64,000 nucleotides of DNA, taken from contig OZ241889.1 of NCBI GenBank assembly GCA_965203355.1, positions 1,216,001 to 1,280,000 on the forward strand. The letters run 5' to 3'. The position numbers were made by a program, and so were the translations under genes. Under the pieces are notes generated by a model. That model was not told the DNA's origin and made no database searches. It saw nothing but the letters and a program-made list of their open reading frames with translations. Below are positions 49,811 through 61,354 of this stretch, piece after piece. How positions within the stretch are numbered: position 1 is the stretch's first letter; each line of letters opens with the position of its first letter. Origin of the DNA: Candidatus Latescibacterota bacterium. GTDB lineage: Bacteria; Latescibacterota; UBA2968; UBA8231.

Positions 49811-50220
49811 GCGAGAAAAAGACATTCGTACAATGTGCAGACGTGGAGACCCAGGTCTTTGACTGGGGCCGCCTGAACTGGCTTTCCGAGCCGCTGGTGA
49901 CCGCGGCCGAGCACTTTAGCTGCGGCGTGGTGGAACTGGCCCCGGGCAAGGGCCACGAGCGCCACAATCACCCGTATAGCGAGGAAATTCTCTACGTGAT
50001 AGAGGGCACTGGGGTTCAGACGGTGGAGTTGGCGGCGGGCCTGTTGGAAAAGGAGATCGGTCCAGGGGAGTTGGTCCACATTCCGACGGCCGTGTATCAC
50101 TCGACGGTCAACAATGGGGACGGCCCGATGAAGTTGATCGCCATCTACGCGCCGTTTGGGCCGGAGGCCGAGCTGCGGCAGATGGCGGGGGTGCGGATAG
50201 AAAAGGCGTTAAACGGATAG
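49807..50220 (+). CDS. Cupin-domain protein
   Basis: HERHNHPYSEEILYVIEG...HIPTAVYHST. Confidence 0.9.
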   Translation: MSEKKTFVQCADVETQVFDWGRLNWLSEPLVTAAEHFSCGVVELAPGKGHERHNHPYSEEILYVIEGTGVQTVELAAGLLEKEIGPGELVHIPTAVYHSTVNNGDGPMKLIAIYAPFGPEAELRQMAGVRIEKALNG

Positions 50221-50226
50221 GCGGCT

Positions 50227-51054
50227 ATGGCTTTTACGAGAGAAGAGGTGCTCGCGAGATTGCGGCAGAACATCGCGGCCGGGACGCCCATTATCGGCGC
50301 GGGCGCGGGCACCGGGATCAGTGCGAAGTTCGAAGAGGCTGGCGGGGTTGATTTGATTGTGATTTACAATTCCGGGCGATTTCGCATGGCGGGCCGCGGA
50401 TCGCTGGCCGGGACTATGCCATATGGGGACGCCAATGCGATTGTGATGGATATGGCTGGGGAGGTGCTGACGGTGGTGGAGGATACGCCGGTGCTGGCCG
50501 GCGTGTGTGGAACCGATCCGTTCCGGCAGATGGACGTTTTCTTGCGCGAGGTGGCAGCCATCGGGTTTTCCGGCGTACAGAATTTTCCGACCGTGGGCCT
50601 GATCGACGGGTTGTATCGGCAGAACTTAGAGGAGACCGGGATGGGGTATGGGGCGGAGGTGGAGATGATCCGCACGGCGCACGAGATGGGGTTGTTGACA
50701 ACGCCTTATGCGTTTAATCCCCAAGAGGCCGAGCAGATGGCGGCGGCCGGTGCAGACATTGTGGTGGCGCACGCTGGGCTTACCACCAAAGGCGCGATTG
50801 GCGCGGCGACCGCGCTGACTTTGGCGGAATCAGTCGGGTTTGTGCAGGCGATATGCGACGCGGCGCGGGGCGCGTCCGAAGCGGTGATTGTGCTGTGCCA
50901 CGGAGGGCCGATTGCCGAGCCGGAGGACGCCGAGTACGTGTTGCAAAACACGCAGGGTGTCGATGGCTTCTACGGCGCGTCGAGCATGGAGCGGTTGCCG
51001 GTGGAAGTGGCGATTACCGAGCACGTGAAGAAGTACAAGGCCATCCGCTTTTGA
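50227..51054 (+). CDS. PEP-hydrolase-like TIM-barrel protein (Tm-1 C-terminal domain family)
   Basis: [53 protein letters not shown]. Confidence 0.9.
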   Translation: MAFTREEVLARLRQNIAAGTPIIGAGAGTGISAKFEEAGGVDLIVIYNSGRFRMAGRGSLAGTMPYGDANAIVMDMAGEVLTVVEDTPVLAGVCGTDPFRQMDVFLREVAAIGFSGVQNFPTVGLIDGLYRQNLEETGMGYGAEVEMIRTAHEMGLLTTPYAFNPQEAEQMAAAGADIVVAHAGLTTKGAIGAATALTLAESVGFVQAICDAARGASEAVIVLCHGGPIAEPEDAEYVLQNTQGVDGFYGASSMERLPVEVAITEHVKKYKAIRF

Positions 51055-51073
51055 TCCGGCCCGATTGAAGCCA

Positions 51074-51610
51074 ATGCGCCCTTTGCGCAAAGTTGAAGTG
51101 AAGCGGCTCTTTGCGGACGCGGCGAAGCGCTATCCGCCCAAGGTGGAGCTAGCCTTTTTACTACAGAGCGTGGAAGACCCGCTCAACGTCGGCTCGATGT
51201 TTCGCATTGCCGATGCGTGTGGGGCGCGGGAGTTGGTTTTTACCGGTGTGACGCCCGCGCCGCCGCACGAGGATATTGAGCGCACGGCGCGGGGGCACGA
51301 GCGGCGCGTGGCATGGCGGCGGATTGGGCGCGTGGACGAAGCGGCGGATGCACTGCGGGCCGAAGGGTATCACTTGGTGGCGTTGGAAATGGTGCAGGGG
51401 GCGGTGTGCTATTTGGAATACGATTTCCCCGACAAAGTATGTTTGGTGCTCGGCAACGAGTCCAAAGGCGTCTATCGACAGACCTTGGCCCTGTGCGACG
51501 GCGCGGTCTATATCCCCATGTACGGCAAGGGGCCGTCGATGAATGTCCACGTAGCCGGTGCGCTGGTGGCCTATCGGGCATTGCTTGGGAAAGGGAACAG
51601 TGGGCAGTGA
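51074..51610 (+). CDS. TrmH/SpoU-family RNA methyltransferase
   Basis: NVGSMFR.AD, LGNESKG, IPMYG..SMNV. Confidence 0.9.
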   Translation: MRPLRKVEVKRLFADAAKRYPPKVELAFLLQSVEDPLNVGSMFRIADACGARELVFTGVTPAPPHEDIERTARGHERRVAWRRIGRVDEAADALRAEGYHLVALEMVQGAVCYLEYDFPDKVCLVLGNESKGVYRQTLALCDGAVYIPMYGKGPSMNVHVAGALVAYRALLGKGNSGQ

Positions 51611-51800
51611 CCCGTGGTCAGTGGCCAGTGGCCAGTCCCAACCCACCCCCGGAAGCGATCTGACCACAGATTATCGATCATCGATCACCGATCACCGGCT
51701 GCTGACCACTGATCACTGCCCACTTATCACTGCCCACTGATCCCCGGCTACTGACGACTGGCTACTGACGACTGGCTACTGACGACTGGCTACTGACCAC
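51598..51800. repeat. Intergenic heptamer repeat element between convergent genes
   Basis: AGTGGCC arm, degenerate ACTGATC/ACTGCCC units, (GCTACTGACGACTG)x3. Confidence 0.8.
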
Positions 51801-53369
51801 CTAAGTATGCGCTTGTTCTAGAGCGGCATACGGGCCGATGAGTTCGTCGTACGCGGCTACGGCTTTTGGCTCCGGTTCGATGGTTGACCCGGCGACCGGC
51901 TGCGCGAATGGTTCGACGACTTCGGCCCATGAAGGCGCGTGATCGGCTGCGGATTGGTGGGCGTGAGCGGCGCGGAGGGCCGCGCCTAGGGCCGCTGAAT
52001 GGGTGGTCTTGAAGCGGTGGACCGGACAGTTGTGGACGTTGGCGAAGACGCGCAGGATTTCGGCGTTGGCCGATGCGCCGCCGGTGACGTAGAGCGAGGA
52101 AACTTCTACGCCCATCCAACGTGCGTGGATGCGCGAGGAAAGGGCTTGCGCTTCGATGACGGCGCGGACATTGGCTGGCGCGTCGGTGGGGTCGAGGTTT
52201 TGGCGGACGACGTTGGGTCGGGGGACTTTGGGGACGATTTCTGGCGCGAAGTACGGGAGCATGAGTGCGCCGTTGTTGCCCGGCGGCGTGGCACGCAGAG
52301 CGCGGGCGAATTGATCCCAATTCACGCCGTATTGGTCGCGCACGGCCTCGCGGGCCAAGCTGCCGTTGAGATAGCAAGTCAGGGCCATGTAGTGCGTGCC
52401 GTCGGGCGAGGCAAAAAGTGCCCCCTCGCCTTCTTTAGAAGTGCGCGGTTGGTCCATGCAGGCAAACAGGGTATCCGAAGTGCCCAAGCTCAGGGCGACT
52501 TGCCCCGGGGCGACGAGGCCGAGGCCGATGAGGCTGCATGGATTGTCGCCCGAAAATGGCAACACGAGGCAGCTATCTGCGAAGCCGTAGCGGCCCACGT
52601 AGTAAGGGCTGATGGGGCCGACGGGCTGGCCGGAGGGAGCGATCGGTAGGAGTTTGGCGGCTAGGTCGGGCGCGGTAGCGGCGAGCGCGTACGCACTCCA
52701 TTGGCGGGCGGCAATGTCCATCATGTTGGTGCCGCTGCCGTCGCCCGGGTCAACGCCGACGAGCCGACCCGCGAATAGGCTGGCGACATAGGAACTGACC
52801 AAACCGATGTACGCGGTGTCGGCGTAAGCGTCAGGTTCGGTCTGGTAAAACTTGCGGATTTGCGGGCCGCTGAAGCGCTCAAAGGTCGGGTTGCCGGTGA
52901 GCGCGAGGAGTGCGTCGCGCCCGCCTACGGCTGCTTCGATCTCGGCGCACTGAACGGTCGTGGAAGTGTCCATCCAGATGGGCGCGGTGGCGCGGGAGAA
53001 GATGGCGGCGAGTTGATCTTTGAGTGGCTGGGTCGGTGAAAGGTTTGCCAAGGCGCTAGCGGCACTGGCGTTGAGATAGACGGTGCCGTGCTGCTGGCCG
53101 CTGCCAGCGACAGCCCGCACAACCCCGAGGTCGTGGCCTTGGTCGGCGAGCGTTTGCAGGAGCAGGTCCAGTGCTTCAGCCCACATCAGGGGCGCGCTGT
53201 GGACCACGCCGCCGCCGAAGTCGAGGACGCCGTTGACGACCCCATACGTGGTTTTGCAGTGCTCGTCGAAGTTGATGGACGCTTGGGCGACGATGGCGCG
53301 TTGCTCGGTGTCGATGATTAGACCGGTGATGGATTGGGTGCTAGCGTCGATGCCCAGATACTTGCTCAT
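51801..53369 (-). CDS. xylB: Xylulose kinase (FGGY family, eukaryote-like XYLB subtype)
   Basis: YLGIDASTQS, GSGQQHG, PIWMD.ST, ERFSGPQIRK, GDNP, SLGTSDT, NGSLARE. Confidence 0.85.
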   Translation of the reverse strand: MSKYLGIDASTQSITGLIIDTEQRAIVAQASINFDEHCKTTYGVVNGVLDFGGGVVHSAPLMWAEALDLLLQTLADQGHDLGVVRAVAGSGQQHGTVYLNASAASALANLSPTQPLKDQLAAIFSRATAPIWMDTSTTVQCAEIEAAVGGRDALLALTGNPTFERFSGPQIRKFYQTEPDAYADTAYIGLVSSYVASLFAGRLVGVDPGDGSGTNMMDIAARQWSAYALAATAPDLAAKLLPIAPSGQPVGPISPYYVGRYGFADSCLVLPFSGDNPCSLIGLGLVAPGQVALSLGTSDTLFACMDQPRTSKEGEGALFASPDGTHYMALTCYLNGSLAREAVRDQYGVNWDQFARALRATPPGNNGALMLPYFAPEIVPKVPRPNVVRQNLDPTDAPANVRAVIEAQALSSRIHARWMGVEVSSLYVTGGASANAEILRVFANVHNCPVHRFKTTHSAALGAALRAAHAHQSAADHAPSWAEVVEPFAQPVAGSTIEPEPKAVAAYDELIGPYAALEQAHT

Positions 53370-53442
53370 AGAAATGCCCCGTCGTAATTTTTGCAGGCTA
53401 TTCACACCCAAATTAACAAACGCGCTGAGGAGAACAAAACCA

Positions 53443-54762
53443 ATGGAGGCAGGGGTGGTGCAGCCCGAAATCGCCGGGACGCTGGCGGCAGTGGACCCAG
53501 AGGTCGAGGCTATCATTCGCACTGAAAACAGGCGTCAGCACAACAAAATTCGCCTGATCCCATCTGAAAATTACGCCAGTCAAGCCGTGCTCGAAGCCAG
53601 CGGCTCGATCCTGACGAACAAGTACTCCGAGGGGTACGCCGGGGCGCGCTACTACGAGGGCCAACGGGAAATCGACAAGATCGAGCGGCTGTGCATTGAG
53701 CGCGCCAAGGAGATTTTTGGTGCCGAGCACGTCAATGTCCAGCCCTATTCGGGCTCGCCGGCCAATCAGGCCGTGTACGTCGGCCTCTGCACACCGGGCG
53801 ATACGGTCATGGGCTTGGCGCTGGCGCATGGAGGCCACCTGACGCACGGAGATCGGGTCAGCATCTCGGGGATGCACTACAAGTCCGTGCAATACGGGGT
53901 GTGCCGAGACTCGGGCGAAATTGACTTCGACCAAGTCGAAGCGCTGGCCAAAGAGAACCGGCCCAAGCTGCTTTTCTGCGGAGGCACGGCCTATCCGCGC
54001 ATCGTCGATTTTGCACGCTTTGCCGAAATCGGTCATTCGGTGGGGGCCATCGTGGTCGCCGACATCGCGCATATTGCCGGGCTGGTGGCCGCCGGGGTGC
54101 ATCCCAGCCCGGTGCCGCACGTAGATGTGGTAACTACGACTACGCACAAGTCGCTGCGGGGGCCACGCGGCGGGATGATCTTATGCCGGGCGCAGTACGC
54201 CGAGGCCCTCGATAAGGCGGTGTTCCCAGGCTTGCAGGGCGGGCCGCACAACAACACCACAGCGGCGATTGCCGTGGCGCTCAAGGAGGCGATGAGCGCG
54301 GAGTTTAAGCGGTATGCTCAGCAGATCGCGGCCAATGCTCAGACCTTGGCCGCCGCTCTGACGGCGCGGGGTTTTGCCCTCAGCTCGGGCGGCACCGACA
54401 ACCACCTGATCCTCATAGACATGGCCCATAAGGGCGTTACTGGTTATGCGATGGCCAAGGCGCTCGACGCATCGGGCATGGTCTGCAACTTCAATCGCGT
54501 GCCCTTTGATCCGCGGCCAGCGCGCAAGCCCAGCGGCATCCGCGTTGGTACGCCGGCGATTACCAGCCGGGGTTTTGGTGCCGAGGAGATGCAGCGGTTG
54601 GCCGAGTGGATGGACCGAGTGGCTCAGGTCCGGGCCGATAAAACGCTAGAACTCGACGACCGGAAAGTGGAGTACGCCGAGATCGCGGCGGCGGTGCGGT
54701 CATGCTGCGCCCGCTTCCCGGCCCCGGGCTTGCTCTACGATGGCGCGGGAAAGCCGCTTTAA
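53443..54762 (+). CDS. glyA: Serine hydroxymethyltransferase
   Basis: LIPSEN, NKYSEGY, GGHLTHG, TTHKSLRGPRGG. Confidence 0.96.
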   Translation: MEAGVVQPEIAGTLAAVDPEVEAIIRTENRRQHNKIRLIPSENYASQAVLEASGSILTNKYSEGYAGARYYEGQREIDKIERLCIERAKEIFGAEHVNVQPYSGSPANQAVYVGLCTPGDTVMGLALAHGGHLTHGDRVSISGMHYKSVQYGVCRDSGEIDFDQVEALAKENRPKLLFCGGTAYPRIVDFARFAEIGHSVGAIVVADIAHIAGLVAAGVHPSPVPHVDVVTTTTHKSLRGPRGGMILCRAQYAEALDKAVFPGLQGGPHNNTTAAIAVALKEAMSAEFKRYAQQIAANAQTLAAALTARGFALSSGGTDNHLILIDMAHKGVTGYAMAKALDASGMVCNFNRVPFDPRPARKPSGIRVGTPAITSRGFGAEEMQRLAEWMDRVAQVRADKTLELDDRKVEYAEIAAAVRSCCARFPAPGLLYDGAGKPL

Positions 54763-54765
54763 GTC

Positions 54766-55971
54766 ATGAGTGTGGATATATATCGAGAACTAGGCGTCGA
54801 GCCGATCATCAACGCCGTGGGCCCGGCAACGCGATTGAGCGGGTCGATCATGCACCCGGAAGTGGCCGAGGCCATGCGGCAGGCTTCGGAACGCTGCGTG
54901 GATATAGCGCAGATGCAGGCGCGGGCCGGGGAAGTGATCGCCGAGATTACTGGTGCGGAGGCCGGGTACGTGACGAGTGGGGCGGCCGCGGGCTTGTTGC
55001 TGGGGACGGCCGCTTGTGTGACTGGATTGGATCCGGGCAAGATGAACCGCTTGCCGGATACGTCCGGGATGAAAAACGAAGTGATCATGGCGCGCAGCCA
55101 CCGGAACTTCTACGACCACGCCGTGCGCTCGGTGGGGATCGAGTTGGTGGAGGTGGGGATCGCCGACCGCTTTTCCGGGGCGGGAATACGCGATGCGGAA
55201 GGGTGGGAGATCGAAGCGGCGATTACCGAGCGGACCGCGGCGATCGCGTACGTGGCGTACGCGCACACGCAGCCGTCGCTGGAAGAGGTAGTGGCCGCAG
55301 CGCGCCAGGGCGGTGTGCCGGTGATTGTAGATGCGGCCGGTCAGCTTCCGCCGGCGAGCAACTTGCAGCACTTCATTGCCGCTGGCGCGGATTTGGTCGC
55401 CTTTAGCGGCGGCAAGGCCATTGGTGGGCCGCAGGCTTCGGGGATTTTGTGCGGGCGGCGGGATCTAATCGCCGCGGCCGCGCTGCAACACCAAGACCTC
55501 GACGTGATGCCCGAGTTGTGGGAGCCGCCCGTGCGTTTAATCGACAAGTCGCAGCTACCTGGGGCTCCGCAGCACGGCATTGGGCGTCCCTGCAAGGTCG
55601 GCAAGGAAGAGATCGCGGGTTTAGTGAAAGCGCTGCGTCTTTTTGTGGCCGACGATCCGGTGGAGCGGCGGCAGCGCTGGTATGCGCTGATGGAGGAACT
55701 GGTCGGCGCGTGTGGAGTGCTGCGGCACGCCGAGATTGCGGTGGTGGCCGACCGCAAGCGCGCCGAGATCCCGACCGCGCGGTTGGTGCTCGACGAGGAA
55801 GCCGCGAGTATGACGGCGCTGGAACTGGTTAGAGCACTTCAGCAAGGTCAGCCGCCGATCGCCGCCAACCCGACCGATGTGTACGAGGGTGCGGTGATTT
55901 TTGGGCCGATGTGTCTCCGGGAGGGCGAGCCTGAACAGATCGCCCGACGGCTCCGGGAGTTGCTCGGCTAA
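54766..55971 (+). CDS. SelA-related PLP-dependent enzyme (DgaE-like)
   Basis: PIINAVG..TRLSGS, VDAA, FSGGKAIGGPQ, GIGRPCKVGKEEI. Confidence 0.8.
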   Translation: MSVDIYRELGVEPIINAVGPATRLSGSIMHPEVAEAMRQASERCVDIAQMQARAGEVIAEITGAEAGYVTSGAAAGLLLGTAACVTGLDPGKMNRLPDTSGMKNEVIMARSHRNFYDHAVRSVGIELVEVGIADRFSGAGIRDAEGWEIEAAITERTAAIAYVAYAHTQPSLEEVVAAARQGGVPVIVDAAGQLPPASNLQHFIAAGADLVAFSGGKAIGGPQASGILCGRRDLIAAAALQHQDLDVMPELWEPPVRLIDKSQLPGAPQHGIGRPCKVGKEEIAGLVKALRLFVADDPVERRQRWYALMEELVGACGVLRHAEIAVVADRKRAEIPTARLVLDEEAASMTALELVRALQQGQPPIAANPTDVYEGAVIFGPMCLREGEPEQIARRLRELLG

Positions 55972-56938
55972 ACCTGCGTCCCCCAATAGGCGGCACCGAG
56001 CAGCGCGGTCTTGTCGTTGAGCACGACGTGGACGGGAATGGCCGCGAGCGGCTCGCCCATGCGGCCTTTGTCCATAAACCCCTCCATAAAGCGGCCGGCG
56101 CGCAGCTTGGCGAGTATTTTGGGCGCAATGCCGCCGCCGACGAAAAACCCTCCCGAAGACATCAGCTTGAGCGCCAAGTTGCCCGCCTCGCGGCCATAGA
56201 GGAGCGCGAAGAGGTCGAGGGCTGTTGCGGCCAGCGTAGAGTGGCTTTCGAGGCCGTCGCGTGCGATGGCGTCGGCGCGGTCGGGTTGTGCGGCCTCGGG
56301 GGCCAGCGCGGCGTCGGCGCGGTCGGGATGCCGTTCGCACAGAAAATCGTAGATCGCGGCCAAGCCCTGGCCTGAGACCACTCGTTCCCAGCTAACGTGA
56401 CCGTAGCGCTCGTTGAGGAAATGCCAAAGCTCGGCTTCGAATGTGGAACTTGGCCCAAAGGTCGCGTGGCCGCCCTCAGAGGCGATGGCTGCATAGCGGC
56501 CCTCGGCCCAGCACAAGCCTCCTTCACCCAGCCCGGTGCCAGCGGCGATGACGGCGATGTTGCCCTTGGGGTCGCGCTGCCCTTCGTTGAGCGGACACAG
56601 ATCGTCCGGCCCCAACACCAAGGTGCCGTAGGAAGTTGCTTGCAGGTCGTTGAGCAGGTGGACGTTCGTGCCGTTGAGCACCTCCGAAATCTCGCGGGGA
56701 TCGATGAGCCAAGGCAGGTTGACGGCGCGGACGGGAAACTGATGGACCGGGCCGGGGACGCCTAAGACCGTGCGGCTGGGGTTGATTTGCGTCTCGTCGG
56801 CAAAGGCCCTAAGCAGTGCACCGGCGCTGGGGTAGGACGTGGTTTGGTAGCGCCGCTCGACGAGCGGGTCAAAGCCGCGGGCGGCTGGGTCGAAAGCGGC
56901 GAGGTACGTTTTGGTGCCGCCGACATCACCGGCGAAGA

Positions 56939-56942
<4 letters not shown>
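55968..56942 (-). CDS. glk: Glucokinase
   Basis: AGDVGGTKT, LLNDL, AGTGLG, SEGGH, ERVVSG; GTG start overlaps the zwf stop. Confidence 0.93.
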
Positions 56943-58423
<1,481 letters not shown>

Positions 58424-58601
58424 AATTGTAGAAAAAATAAAAAGGCCACAGCGTCCGCTATGGCCTCCCACACCGCCTCGTGTGAGTTGTGCAAATATAC
58501 AAGGGTGGGCGAAAATCAACAAGTCAATTGTGCCGCTCAAGGCGTTGTGTGCAGCTATCTTGCTGTTGATATTAGCGCGGCCAACTTTGATGCGAGGAAA
58601 T

Positions 58602-59549
58602 ATGAGTCGGTATTTGGTCACGGGTGGCGCGGGATTTATTGGTTCCCACCTTTGTCAGCGCTTGTGTGCAGAGGGGCACGCCGTGCGGGTTCTAGACAAC
58701 TTGAGCACGGGACGGCGCGCAAACTTGGCCGAAATCCCAAGCGAGATAGAGTTCGTCGAGGGCGATGTTTGCGACGCGACCTTGCTCGCCGAGGTGGCGC
58801 AGCAGGTCGATTGTGTCCTGCACCACGCCGCCATCAGTTCAGTGCCAGCCTCGGTTGAGCAGCCCCTCGTCGAGCAGCAAGTCAACGCCGTGGGAACACT
58901 GCGGCTGTTGGAAGCGGCGCGGCAAGCCGGGGTCCGCCGCGTAGTTTTTGCCAGCTCGGCCTCGGTGTATGGCAACAATCCGCAAATGCCCAAGCGCGAG
59001 GATATGCCGCCCGAACCCGAGTCGCCCTACGCGGTTTCCAAGGTTGTGGGCGAGCACTACGCCCGCGTGTACAGCCAGATCTACGGCTTGGAGGTCGTTG
59101 GCTTGCGCTACTTCAATGTCTTTGGCCCTCGGCAGGTGCCGTCTTCCCCGTACTCGGGCGTCATCTCGATTTTTGTCGCGCAGATGTGTGCCGGCGCGTC
59201 GCCGACCGTTTGCGGCGACGGCCACCAGTCGCGCGATTTTGTCTATGTCGGCGATGTGGTGGAGGCCAATATGAGGGCCAGTACTACGCCGGGCATCGCC
59301 GGGCGAATCTACAATATCGGCTGCGGGCGCAGCGCGTCGCTGCTGGAATTGATCGCCGCGCTCAACCAGATTTTGGGGACCGAGTTGGCGCCGATGTTCG
59401 CCCCGCCTCGGGCCGGTGATATCCGCTTTTCGTCAGCCGATATATCGCGGGCCCGGGCCGAATTGGGCTACGAGCCGAAGGTTGGGTTGGCCGAGGGATT
59501 GGAGCGGACGATCGCGGCGGTGGAGGCTTCCCATGCCGATCGGCAATAA
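58602..59549 (+). CDS. UDP-glucose/UDP-GlcNAc 4-epimerase-like SDR
   Basis: TGGAGFIGSHL, YAVSK, RYFNVFGPRQ. Confidence 0.88.
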   Translation: MSRYLVTGGAGFIGSHLCQRLCAEGHAVRVLDNLSTGRRANLAEIPSEIEFVEGDVCDATLLAEVAQQVDCVLHHAAISSVPASVEQPLVEQQVNAVGTLRLLEAARQAGVRRVVFASSASVYGNNPQMPKREDMPPEPESPYAVSKVVGEHYARVYSQIYGLEVVGLRYFNVFGPRQVPSSPYSGVISIFVAQMCAGASPTVCGDGHQSRDFVYVGDVVEANMRASTTPGIAGRIYNIGCGRSASLLELIAALNQILGTELAPMFAPPRAGDIRFSSADISRARAELGYEPKVGLAEGLERTIAAVEASHADRQ

Positions 59550-59564
59550 AAGAGCGCGCTTATT

Positions 59565-60737
59565 GTGGCAACCATAGTCGATGGCAAAAAGCGCATCCCC
59601 TTCATGCGCGGGATGCTGGTACACTACCTAATTGAGCGCGGCTTCAACTACGAGGACGCCCGGGCCGTGGCCAATCAGGTGCGCGTGTCTTTGGGGAAAG
59701 TAGAACTTGTGCGGAAAAAGGACATGGTGCAGCTCGTACATAGAGCCATTCGCAAGCAATTCGGCCAGTACGAGGCCGGCGACCTAATTTTCTGGGAGCC
59801 ACAGCCCACCACCATCACCGTCGAGCGCAAGAGTGGGGCGCGGCCTTTCTCGAAGGAACTGTTGGCGGATTCCATTCGGGCGTCTGGGTTGCCCCCGGAC
59901 CAGAGCTACGAGATTGCACAGACGATTGAAGCTCGCTTGATAGACCAGCGTCGCCAGCGCATCTCGCATTCGGAGTTGGAAGAACTGGTCGCCGAGTTGA
60001 TCGAAAAGTCCTTTGACAAGTCTTTTGCCGAGCGCTACTACCTGTGGCGCGCTTGGGGCGATGTAGACAAACCTCTGATCATCCTCATCGGCGGGGCCAG
60101 CGGAGTTGGCAAGACCACCTTGGCGATTGCGCTGGCCAGTTTGCTCGACATCCCTCGGGTGGTAGCTACCGATGATTTGCGCCAAGTTATGCGCCTGACG
60201 CTTGCCGAGGACCTGATGCCGGCCCTACACACCTCTTCGTATTCGGCTTGGCAGGTCGTTCCGGCGGCTGGTCATCTCGACGCGGTCATCGCGGGTTTTC
60301 GCGAGCAGGCGCGGAGTGTCTGCGTTGGGGTCAAGGCCATTATTAGCCGCTGCATTGAGGAAAACACCAGCGTCATCATCGACGGCGTACACCTAATCAG
60401 CGACATGCTGGACTTAGACCGGTACGCTGGAGACGCCTTTATCACCCCCATCTGTTTGGAACTGCCGGGCCGCGATGCCTTTGAGGATCGCTTTGCCCGG
60501 CGCGCCAGCGAGGCTCCGTCGCGCTCGGCCCATCGCTATATGGAGCACTTGGCGGCCATCCTCAAAATTCAGGACTATCTCATCGAAACAAGTGCCGCCC
60601 ACGGCATTCCGGTGATTACCGCGACCTCAGTCGAGAGCCTGATCAGCGAGGCCGCCATGGAAGTTAGTGCGCTATTACAGGATCGGACGGAGATCCGCAA
60701 GGCCCTAGCCTGCCGTAAAAAGCGCTCGGCCCATTGA
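59565..60737 (+). CDS. 2-phosphoglycerate kinase-like P-loop kinase with two ATP-cone-like domains
   Basis: PFMRG / PFSKE ATP-cone repeats, GGASGVGKTT, TDDLRQVMR, LHTSSY, IDGVHL. Confidence 0.75.
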   Translation: MATIVDGKKRIPFMRGMLVHYLIERGFNYEDARAVANQVRVSLGKVELVRKKDMVQLVHRAIRKQFGQYEAGDLIFWEPQPTTITVERKSGARPFSKELLADSIRASGLPPDQSYEIAQTIEARLIDQRRQRISHSELEELVAELIEKSFDKSFAERYYLWRAWGDVDKPLIILIGGASGVGKTTLAIALASLLDIPRVVATDDLRQVMRLTLAEDLMPALHTSSYSAWQVVPAAGHLDAVIAGFREQARSVCVGVKAIISRCIEENTSVIIDGVHLISDMLDLDRYAGDAFITPICLELPGRDAFEDRFARRASEAPSRSAHRYMEHLAAILKIQDYLIETSAAHGIPVITATSVESLISEAAMEVSALLQDRTEIRKALACRKKRSAH

Positions 60738-60841
60738 CAAAATGCGCTGCTCGTTGGTTCGCCCAACGTTGGATTGTGTTGTATATTTACAGCCATGCGG
60801 CTAAGGGGCCGCGCCAACGCGCAACCTAGGGACAAAAAGAA

Positions 60842-61282
60842 ATGCTGAGTAACAAAAAGAAAGGGGTCTCCACTTCTAGTAGTGGACAAGCACTCAATAC
60901 GATCATCGGTCGCGGTAGCCACTTTGAAGGGAAGCTGAAGGTAGATAACAGCGTCAGAATAGACGGCGTATTCAAAGGTGAACTGATTTGCTCAGGCGAT
61001 TTGACGATTAGCCAATCGGGCGAGGCCGATGCTACGTTGATGCAGTGCAAAGAAGCGTACATCGACGGCGTTGTGAATGGCACTGTGCGCGCCGATAAGG
61101 TGCGGCTGGATACGCAGACGCGCTTTACCGGTGAAGTGTACACCGACTCGTTCACGGTCGCCGAGGGCGCGATATTCCACGGCTCGTGTTCAATGGAAAA
61201 CCACCAAAAGAGCCAGGCTCCTCCAGAGGGCGCAGCGGCAAAGCCCCTCACGGCTGGGCCTGGGCCGATCAAAAAGAAATAG
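60842..61282 (+). CDS. Bactofilin (polymer-forming cytoskeletal protein)
   Basis: TIIGRGSHFEGKL..RIDG.FKG..EGAIFHGSCSM. Confidence 0.9.
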   Translation: MLSNKKKGVSTSSSGQALNTIIGRGSHFEGKLKVDNSVRIDGVFKGELICSGDLTISQSGEADATLMQCKEAYIDGVVNGTVRADKVRLDTQTRFTGEVYTDSFTVAEGAIFHGSCSMENHQKSQAPPEGAAAKPLTAGPGPIKKK

Positions 61283-61354
61283 CACTTTCCCACCTCGTTT
61301 TTGCGCGAAAAATCCATCTGCACCGTGCGGCCGATGGATTTTTTCTTCTCGTCG

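Noticed and set aside
54766-55971. True selenocysteine synthase selA
   Set aside because: Lacks the SelA N-terminal domain and selB/selC context; fits the SelA-like lyase subfamily
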